In this document: positions 27,001-37,672 of the stretch, piece by piece
How positions within the stretch are numbered: position 1 is the stretch's first letter
Layout: each line of letters opens with the position of its first letter
From: Macrostomum hystrix
Lineage: Eukaryota > Animalia > Platyhelminthes
Direction: 5' to 3'
Length of the DNA stretch: 64,000 nt
Assembly: GCA_950097015.1 (NCBI GenBank)
Contig: CATNEN010000007.1
Span: 7,998,001-8,062,000, forward strand
Notes under the pieces: model-generated
What the model was told of the DNA's origin: nothing
What the model saw: the letters and a program-made list of their open reading frames with translations, nothing else
Database searches by the model: none
Made by a program: the position numbers and the translations under genes

Positions 27001-30000
27001 CTTGGCCGTGTGCATTTCCAAGATGGTAATAAAAAACCCTCCACTCACGAATAATGTATGACTGTGCTCATTGATTTCACTCAGCTCCGGCTTAGAGCTC
27101 GCCGACTGCTCATCCGACTTCTCTCCCCAAAATCGGACAGTTCCATCTCCATCGTCTACTCCGTCTCTTTTCATTTCCTCTGGCATTCGATTTCCGTTTT
27201 TGCAACTTTTATTAATCGCCAGAGTAGAATAAATGGCGGTGCCTTCGTATGCTTATCGAGAGATGTTATAGTGCCGTGGAGCGTAAACTCGAGCACTCCA
27301 TTTCAGGTGCTCACATCTGATCAATTAGTCTCCTTAGCTCGATCCGTATCAATGGAATAGAGTCGCCACCCTCTCGCCTTTGGCATAGGTCTCCCGCACC
27401 GATGGCCTATGAAAAGTCTAATTCGTTCATATGCCCTTGTGCCGACATGGGTACGGTTTCATGCTTCAGCATGACTCATAGCCATTTGAATCCTCTAATC
27501 TATCAGCCACATCTTCTAAGCAAAGCAACACCTGCAGAGTGATGGCGTCTGGGGTTAGGGAAGCTTTCCTTGCTTTCCTACCTTCACTCTCTGCCCCATC
27601 TATCCGCCCCTGTCTAATCCTTTCTTGTCACTTTTTTGCAGCTTCCGCAAGAAGGCATCATCATCGCCTGGCGAGATTTCAGCCAGCGCCGCCCTCTCTT
27701 TCTCCGAGCTGCCTTCACCGACCTCTCTTGTGTTTTTCTAGCTTGCAAGCAGAGAGAGCTGGCCAGGAGTCGATTCGCTGTGTGTTTGCCAGGATTTTAG
27801 CCTGCTCCTTGCTCTACAGCACTTCATCAGCTTTTTATATCTCTCTACCATTCATTTCTTGCACTCGCAATGCGTGCCACAATGGCCAGGCAGATGGTGC
27901 GCGCTTTTTTGTTATACTCTTAGATCGTTTGCCATATTTTATTCTGAATTTTCCTACTGGTGCGTCTCATAGATTTTTTTCACGCGGTTCGGTTTTTTCT
28001 TTGTGTCCCTGTCGAGTCGCCTTGCCTTACGTGAGTCCCAGGTTTCAGGTTCTTTTCTGGCTTCAGCCAAAAATCTTCCACTCCGTTGACTTAGCTGCTT
28101 TGCAATCTGCCTTACCTGCCTGCAGCTGCGCTCGGCGCACTAACGAGGCCGATTCCGTGACTGGGCTGTCTGCACGCGCGACCTGGCGCTCCCTTCTATC
28201 TCGGCCACGCTCTAATAATGTCACCGTTGCTAAAATTTGATTGTCATTAGGAAATTATGGACGATTTTTCATCGTCTTTCAAGGCCCTCAGAAGCGGATG
28301 TTGGCGGGCTCGTGAACCTTGGCACTGACCTATTTCGAATGTAGCTGCCACCGGTACAGGCCTTCTAATTATTATACCGCATCGAGCTTTGTTAATTGAT
28401 TTCTAAACCGCCAGCTTGACTAGTCCTCAAAATGTTTGAGGTAGGCACTCTAGCTCGACTTGACCTTGCTAAGGAAGTCCAACCTTGCTTGCCTAGCTAC
28501 CTCACTGTCACGCTCTCGCGTTTTTGCGCAACACCATTTCGAAGTGTGAAGTTTAGACGTTGGAAACAAATAAACATTGGGAGTCGGCGTCCAGATTGTT
28601 GAGAATCCGAAGAGACTGATAGCATTGGTAGCCTTGCTGTGATCCCATCTATTGACAACCAGCAATAGCAATCATCCTATATAGTCTGAAACTTGTAAAA
28701 TTACGAGTAGGCGACTAAATTGCTTCACTCGCCCTTGCAACCTGCATTGAAAGCTACATTCAGCCACTGAAAAGAACACAATTTATTTTGTTTCTCAGCA
28801 GCCACTCGATGGAAAGCTGGTTTGAGTGAACCCAAGGACTGCTCAGCCTTATCTCTTTGATCTCGACTTTGCTTTCATTAGCTTATAACCAGTCCGCTTG
28901 TACACCGGACTTCCTCCACTAGCCCATTCACCCGATGCTTCTGCCGCTGCTGTCGCTGGTGCTTCGGAAATTCACAGTTTCCGCACTCGGAGCTCTGGCC
29001 AAACAGACTCCCCTCCCAGACTGCCCCGCCTCTCAGCTGTCCGCATTGGGCGCGGCCGCCTCGAATCCTTTTTTGTCCTACTGCTTTCTTGCCTATTTTC
29101 GCCCTGCGCCGCAACCGGTCCGTCTTTTCTCCTCCCCTGCCCCTCCCCCTGTCCCCCAGTGCTTTTCTTTCCCGTTGTATTGCTATGCGCGCGCGCGTGT
29201 TCATATTTATACATCAGACACTCTTGGTCAGCTCTTGACAACATTCGAGAGATTATAGCCGCTAGTGCAAGTAGCTATAGAAGCCATTAGCTGGCCCATC
29301 GGCTATAGTACGTTTCAGGGTCCGCCCTCTCCGCCTCCGTCCGTTCCGCTCTTCTGCGGGGATCCGAGCAGAGTGGCCTCACTCCGTACCTCTTCCGTCA
29401 TTATATATATATATATATTATACGCAGGCGTGCGTTTTATTTTTACCTACGAGAGCTGAAGTCTGAGCTTTCTAGTTCGGCCCGAATTTCCCAAGTTTCC
29501 TGCATCGCCCACTTCCACTTCTCTCTATCTCTTCTATTTCTCTTCGTTACTTTTCTTTTAGTTCTCTCTAATCCTTGACTCACTTTCGTCTCTCCTAGCT
29601 ATCTCCGCTTGCTCTGACCCGCTCTGCACCCCATCAGGCGGCCCGGCCAGCCAGTCAGCGTCCCGGCTGCCGCATCTCGGTAAGGTGAGAGAGCTCCGCA
29701 GTCCAAAATCAATAGACTCAATCTAATCCATCCCCACCTGGCTCTGCCTACCAAATAAGCTCTCATTGACTACTCTCATTTCAGTTCCCAATTTCTCAGC
29801 TCCCGTCAGCTGCTCTGTCCAGCCTCACCCCCTGGACGCGTCATCTGTCACGCCAGTCGCTCCTCCCCTGCTTACCTTTCCTCGGACAGCTCTCCCGCAT
29901 CCCTGCTCCGCATCCAAGCCCGCAGCGGCATTCTCCGCTGGCTTCTCTTGCGCCTCCCTTCTGTGTCCTAACCGTCTCCCCGCAGTGTCCTTTGATATTT

Positions 30001-33000
30001 TTGCTTCCCACGCGAACACACTCGCTGTCAGACTATGGCAGGAAACGCAAGCGAATATAGCTAGACAGTAAAAGTAATAAACAAGTCCACGAGCTACACC
30101 GTCTGGCCGGCCCAGAAGAGGAAAAACAAAGCCGGTGCGGAACTATCGCGTGTGCTCCAGGTTGAGCCAAGCCTTGTCACCCCAGTCATGTACCTGGCTA
30201 GTTCTAAGTCGTTCGACAGCGAGCTGTGCCACTGCTACAAGAATTTGAGCTACGTAAACTACTTTGAAAAGAGTCGCGCTCTACAGAAGAAGCTTCGAGC
30301 CGCAGCGGCCGCCTCGAATCTGCAGGACCTTCCCGAGGAGGAGAACAACAATCCGAATAACACCGGGCAGAGTAGCAACTATGAGCTCAAGTCGGCTGAC
30401 ATTGAGAACTCGCTGGTCGCGGCGGCCCCGGGCGAGGCCATTCCCAGCTCCAAGTCGCAGCCGGTCATGCACTCCTCTTCTGCCGTGTCCGACGGTCTCG
30501 AGTTCGACTCCGCTGTGGCCATCAGGCGGCGTCGGCCGCCTCGAAGATTTGCCGCACTTTTCGCTAAAAGAAGCAGCGAAAACAGCGGCAGCAGCAATGC
30601 AGAAGACAAGAGTGCCAGCAAAGGCGGCTTCTTTAGTCGTTTGTTCCGGTCTAAAACTCCAACCACTGCTGCAGCTGCTAAGCATAGAAAGCAGCAGCCA
30701 CCTCCGCCGCCACCGCCGCAGCAGCGTTCGCAGGACACGTTACTCAGCGCTGACGACTCTTGGGCATTTAAATCAGGTATTTTTGTGTACTCCAGTGCTT
30801 AATAAATTAAGACTGACTGCTATTCTGTAGACAGACAACTGTATGTAATCAAATATCTATTTAATTTTAGCTTTTTTGTTATTGGTATGAACGAAATTCT
30901 GTTGGGAACCCAATACAATACAATACAATACCATAAGTACAATGTCCACCAACCACAAGTGGCCTGAAAAGGGGGGCATCGTCAAAAAACACGCCTGGCC
31001 GCACAGTCTCTGATGATGGCAGTGCCATTAGCCTGATCGGGCGCCCTGGCATCTTCTAACAGACAGTCGATGAACCTCCGGGTTCGCGCCTGACCTCGCC
31101 GGTATGGGCCCTGCTGCGTGTGCAACAATACCTTGGGAACCCAAGACCTTTTTAAAAGCCCAAATTTTTTTACTTTTCATTTTTCCTTAACGAATGAAGT
31201 GTTAGCGTATTTTCTTGCCTATTATGGTACTGATTCTTATTAAGTATGCTCTGAATATTCTGAGCATTGGCAGCTGATCATTGTCGTCCGTAATGCTACT
31301 GCAAGGCATCCAGTGTGCTTGCACCTTCACCTGCCGTCGCCTTTAGCTTTGATTTATTCTAAGTAATCAAGCTACTCTCTTCACGCCTGAACTGTTGTCT
31401 TGAAGTTCGGCGAAAAGCAGCCTCAGGTGTAGGCGTTACACATGCTTTCCAGGACACAGTGTGCAGCTGCTGCTTGCACCCTAGGCACTGCGACCACTTT
31501 TGCGAGCTCACTCAGCGCGCTTTGGGGCAAGGCTTTCAGCATGCACGCCAGCGTCCATCCATCTAATATTGAGCACTTTTAGCCTGTAGCGGGCGAATTT
31601 AGCCTGGCTCGCGCGCACCTCGCAGGATTATCTCCTGTGTCCCAGACTCTGTAGTTGGCATAGATGGATAAAGTTAAACTGTACCAGCTTTTTTCTATCC
31701 TTTACTCATAGGCGACTAGCATTGTCTTATCCAGTGTCGCTTCCCAATGGGATTTCTGCCGCTCGATTGCTTTCCCCACTGTCTTCTCATGCTGGGACTT
31801 CATCATGTGTTGAGAATGACAAGTTGTGAGCTACCCGGCTGCTGGGAATTCCTTTGGACTGGCAACGCAGTAGCTGGTGGGAAACAGGAGAAACCAAGGT
31901 CATGAAATCGACTTGCTCTCCTTATCTCCCCCCACTGTCTTAGTAGCTGCCTTTCCACACTCCATCACAGCCCTTTCCCTGAAACTCTAGACTCCCCGCT
32001 GAGCTCCTGGGTGCTCGGGTTGCAGCGTGACCAGCTTCAACACTCTCTTTTGGCTACACTCGAGTCAGTCTGAGATCAGCCGAGAGGAAATAATCTGGCT
32101 TTAGCCACTGAGCTCACGCCCGCTGTCGTTTTCCGTGCACATTTTTCTGTCTCGTCCAAACTAGCGAGTTCCGCATCTTTCTTGTCAATTATTAAAGCTG
32201 AGACGGTGGAGAAGGCTTTGCTTCATCTGTCAAATGTCTGCCAAAATATGGATAATTGTTTTTTTCGCCTGGAATCTAACAGGCGGCTCTTAGATAGGGG
32301 TTGCCGAAGCGAGTGTTTCCGAACAAGTCTCGCTGGTGGCTTTTACCCTATTCATTGCATTATCTAACTTACTCGACCTTTGGCAGTTCAATTCATTTTA
32401 AGTAGTACAACAAGTCCTAATGAACCAATGTGGCGGAGCCATTTTTAGGAAGTGCGCCATAGATCCCAGACCGGATGATTCTGCTCCCAAAATTCTTCCC
32501 CTCATCCTCTGTTAGACCATCTTAGTCCGCGCCAAGCTTCGATGATGGGCTCTCGCGAGAGTCAACATATGTTGCCTGTCTTCACTGTTGTCCTTCACCT
32601 TCCTTCGCGTCCCTGCCCCATCTAGTCCATCCTCCATTCTCGCGTCCTTACCCTATCTTCCTTAATACGGCTGCTGCTGCTGCTGCTGGTTTTTCCCTTT
32701 TTTCTTTCTCAGCCAGTCAAGGCTGTGTATGTGCCTGTCTGTTTTGTGCCAATTTCTGGCCGTCAGCTGGCTGCGGCCTTTTCTTCCACCATCCCTTGAG
32801 AGGCGAGTCTTCGAGGTTGGTCATCTTGTATACACTGAGAATGATGGTGTGGTGGGATTTTCACCCCCTTACGGCATCGTGGCTTATCTCCCAGCCCGCT
32901 GGCTGCTGGTCTGCGCTGTGGTGTATTGGGAGAGATGGTCCGCAACTAACAACTAGTCTAAACTTTTATCCTCTTTTCAAAAAGTTTTCCACCAGTGTTC

Positions 33001-36000
33001 CTCTGTCGATTGTCAGCCTGCCTGACAGGCCATGCTCCAGGCTCCCTTTCTTTCTTCTCTCCCCAATCCCCATTTTCCCATCAAGGTTCATCACTTTCAT
33101 TCTCCGGCTAGACGGAAGTCTGAAGTCATTCAAATTTAAATTGTTCGCATGATGCTGTTTTGTGCACATTTCCAATCCGGCACGCCCAAAAGCCGGGGCA
33201 ACTTTTGTCTTGGCTCCCGGGACCTGCTGCTGCTGCACCTTACAAAACGGGCTTGCACTATCTATTGATATATGCGGTAGTCTTACATGATGGTGAAAGT
33301 CTCACTTTGTGCACTTTTCTAAGTATAAGGGTCGTTTCATTTATTTGCATATTTTGAAAGTTTTTAGTGCATTTAACAAAATATGAATAATATATACTAC
33401 AGATAACAGGACATTTAAGATAGAGAAAATATATGAATTTAAAGTGAAGACAGAGAGACCAAACGCGGGAGATCAGGTGTTGGATGAGTCCGGATTTCGG
33501 AGCTTTCCTGGCCGAGCCCTTTGCTAAGATGCTCATTAGGTTATTACTCACCTCATTTTTTACCTTTTGTCCTCTGAAGTGCTCAGCAGTTCTGTCACAC
33601 AAAAGAGCATTTATGCAGCCCCGTCTGGGCTGCTCATGTCTGAACACCCTTGGATATATGAGCAGGGTATGAATTGGGAGAAACAAAGACGGTCCCATTT
33701 CGCTTTGACTCAGACAAGTCATCCTTCCCTCTGTGTCTCCCATTCAGTTCTCTTCGTTGTGCCAAAAAATTCAGTTTTTTTAAAGTGCATCATCATTGCT
33801 CTCCATTTGCTCCGGTCTGGGTGAATAAGAATGACTCATCCACTGTCGATTCCCTTTGAAGGCCGGAAGCCGACTGCCAATTTTATTCTGAATTATTTAC
33901 GGGCCGTTTCTGACTAGTTTAATCCATGCATTGTGCTCACGCTTGTGCTCATCCTTTGTTCTTGACTTCCCGGTGAGCCTGCTTTCACTGCTAGCGTTTT
34001 CCCTACTGTGGAAGTTTCTTCTTATTTTAATATCAGCAACGAGGCAATTTTAAATATTGATTTTCAAAGCACACTACTTATCCACTCGGTATCAGTAGTG
34101 AGCTACGTATTTTAAGTAAAACAATGTGATCAAAACAGACCGGCCGCGACCCTTCAGCCACCACCCCTTTTCGGACAGCCGCAGCCTAATTAAAGGGACA
34201 GCCGCGTGTCCACTTAACCCCCCCAGCTGCAGCTTATCTCCCTCTTGCATCACTGCCATGATTCCTTGGGCCAACAATAACTTCCTCCTAATCCCTTGTG
34301 TGCATTAATATGGCTTACATTCTCCGGTCGTAATGGCTGGATAAGAGCCTGGCTAAATGGAGTATGGGAGTAGATTATTCCGGCAGTCGATATGCGTCTT
34401 GCCTTTCTTACCCGCCCAGGATCACAGCCCAGAGATCAGGCGTTTTTGTTATGACTGGTCCTGAGAGTGAGAGAGAGATTTGAGAGGCCAAGCCCCGCTT
34501 TCGCTTTTCTGGTCAGCCGCCCTCCAGACTTTTTCGGGCTCCGCTTTGACGCCTTGGCTGCCGACCGCTCTCTCCATGCTCCACCGCGTTCCTCTCCCAC
34601 TCTGCCTCTGAATTCTCTTTGCCCGCTTACACTTTCTGGATCCCTGGCTTGCCTCGCTTCCTTCTCCTCTTCCACGTGGCCCACCGGGAGGGAGGCAAAT
34701 TTTCGTCTCGGGGCCAATTTCTGTTGGAGGGGCCTCCTGCTCCTAGAAGTCCTGACCGTTGGAGCCGCAGCAAGGGAGTGCAGCCGGGGAGGGGGTTGGC
34801 CGACGTCTCTCTGGCGCTCGCACGCGCGGCGCAGTCATCATTTCGGTTGCACTCACATTGGGCAGTCCCAGACGCAGCAGCAGCGGCCGCCACCCGCGGT
34901 ATCCATTAATGCGGAATGCCTTGCAGCGCCAACCAGCGGCTGCTGACCGCCTCTCTCCTTGCCCAGTTTTCTCCCAATCCTATCCATCTCTCATCTGGCT
35001 GTAAAGTATGCCCGCCTCCGTCTGTCTGTCTCTTTCTCTCTCCCTCCTCGTCTCTCTCAGTCCGCGTCTTCGCCTTCGTCTCTGCTCCTTGCCCAACTTT
35101 TCTCTGCGTTTTGGCCCGCCTCGGATCGGATCGGCATCGCGGCTGAGCGGGGTGGGGAGGCGGAGGAACTGAGGAGGCCGAGGGCGCGGGCCGCGTGTGT
35201 GCGGTTGCTTGTCTGTGGGCCGCTGTTTAAGAGGGAGTTGCGTGTGCGAGCAGCCGATTGCTTTTGCTACACGCCAGTCAAGGCTAAGGCGACTTCGGCC
35301 CCCTGCCTCACCAACCCCTGCTTCATCCCGCCACCACCCAGAATTTGTGGATTGAGCTTTCGCCCCCGCGTATTGGCGGTGTTGGCCGCCAAGTCCCTTG
35401 CCGGCACACCCCTGGCCTGTCTGGGTCAGGCCCGGTTCTGCGGCCTACCAACGCCCCCTCAAGCCCCAGTAATCGAATAACACCCCCCTGCCAGACCGAC
35501 TCTCTATTCAGTCCAGCCGCCTCGTAAAGATTCTGCTGAGCAATTTTTTACGCCCTGTGTTCCAGGTCACTATTCTGAGCATGATTTGCGATTACGTCAG
35601 TTTATTATTCTGCGATCGATTGTTTTATTCCTCGTCTGAGTCAACTAGCTTTGTGTCCTCCGGTGAGGACTATATTGGAGATATTTTCATGCTTACTGGT
35701 ACTTTCCGCTTGCTGTTTTTCAGTTGTTTTCTTAACGCACTCCGCTACTTCCGTTTCGCAGCGCCCACTCTCTACTCAGATGGCGGCGGGGCAGCTTCGG
35801 GGCACGCAGTTGCTGACGGGCTGCACTACGCCTGCAGCGACCTGGCCCATCAGCAGCAGCAGCAGCTCAGGCGACACCTGCCGCCTCACCTGTGCCAGCC
35901 CCATCAGCAGCTGGTTGTGAATTCTTCCGGCCACGCCCAGCTGTTCCACCAGCATTCTCCAGCCAATATTCAGCAACAGCAGCAGCAGGTTCATTATGCC

Positions 36001-37629
36001 TGCGCCTCTGTACTTCAGAATGGGGCAGCTGTAAAATTTAGACGAAATCAGCAGCAGCAGCAGCAGGCGAACAATCATCTTCAGAATGGTGGCGGAGACG
36101 CAGCTTCCAAGCGGCTGTCACTGCCGGCTCCCGCACACTATTGGGTGCAGCAGCAGAACGGTCGCAGCGCTTCGCCAGCCTGCGGCGGCAGCGGCAACGG
36201 TGGCTCCCCGACGCCTTTGTTCTCCGACTTGCTGGCGTTGAGTAAGAGGGATCGGCGCAGCTCCCTGGCTGACATCGGCTTCGGCAAGATTACCTCTTAT
36301 AGGAAGCTGGATAAGCTGGGACAGGTGAGTGAGCCGAGCCAGGGCTTGCCGTGTCATCAAGTAATTTATTCCACGTTTCGCAAGTAAACACACTAGTTCC
36401 AGTCCAGGTGTCACAGGTAAACACACTAGTTCCAGTCCAGGTGTCACAGGTAAACACACTAGTTCCAGTTCAGGTGTCACAGGTAAACACACTAGTTCCA
36501 GTCCAGGTGTCACAGGTAAACACACTAGTTCCAGTCCAGGTGTCACAGGTAAACACACTAGTTCCAGTCCAGGTGTCACAGGTAAACACACTAGTTCCAG
36601 TCCAGGTGTCACAGGTAAACACACTAGTTCCAGTTCAGGTGTCACAGGTAAACACACTAGTTCCAGTTCAGGTGTCACAGGTAAACACACTAGTTCCAGT
36701 CCAGGTGTCACAGGTAAACACACATCTCACAGTCCAGGTGTCACAGGGTAGCACTGCTTCCAGTCTAGCTGAGCATTAAAAACTCGCGTCTTTAATCCCA
36801 CCCCATCCACTCGCAGGGCACCTACGCCACTGTCTACCGTGGCAAGTCGCTGCTGACGGACTCCCTGGTGGCGCTAAAAGAGATCCGACTGGAGCACGAC
36901 GAGGGCGCGCCCTGCACCGCCATTCGAGAGGGTGAGAGAAAATTGCCGATTATAGATAGACTCATCGTCGGAATAAGAATTCACACCTGAATTCAATTCA
37001 GGCTAGCAAGTCTTGTAATATGTTAATTTCATTTACTACCTGTCGCTGCGCAGTTAGGTGAAACATACGAAGTAGATGTGGCTGGATCAGTTTAGAAAAT
37101 GCAATTCAATTGCAATTAAAGAATTTGCTTCTGACCCGTTTTCCGCTTGCACAATGCATTGCTACCTATCCCCTTAATTTTGAATTGTGTATCACCCTGA
37201 CTCCTTGTTTCAGTCTCCCTGCTGAGGGACCTGAAGCACGCCAACATTGTCACCTTGCACGACATCATTCACACCGACAAGTCGCTCACGCTGGTCTTCG
37301 AGTATTTAGTGAGTCTGACAGTCTGTCTGTTCGCCTGACTGCCTGTCTGTCTGTCAGTCTGTATTGGGTATCTGTCTGTCTGTCTGTCTGTATTGGGTAT
37401 CTGTCTGTCTGTCTGTCTGTATTGGGTGTCTGTCTGTCTGTCAGTCTGTATTGGGTGTCTGTCTGTCTGTCAGCACAGTCTGTCTGTATTGGGTGTCTGT
37501 CTGTCAGCACAGTCTGTCTGTTCGCCTGACTGCCTTCTGTCTGTCAGTCTGAATTGGGTGTCTGTCTGTCTGTCAGCACAGTCTGTCTGTACTGGGTGTC
37601 GGTCTGTCTGTCTGTCTTTCGGTATTGGG

Positions 37630-37672
<43 letters not shown>

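Noticed and set aside
27539-28240. 233-aa ORF and similar ORFs at 28878-29290 and 34467-35480
   Set aside because: Non-ATG starts, composition driven by CT-rich sequence and no motifs; likely intronic or alternative-promoter DNA of the CDK gene.
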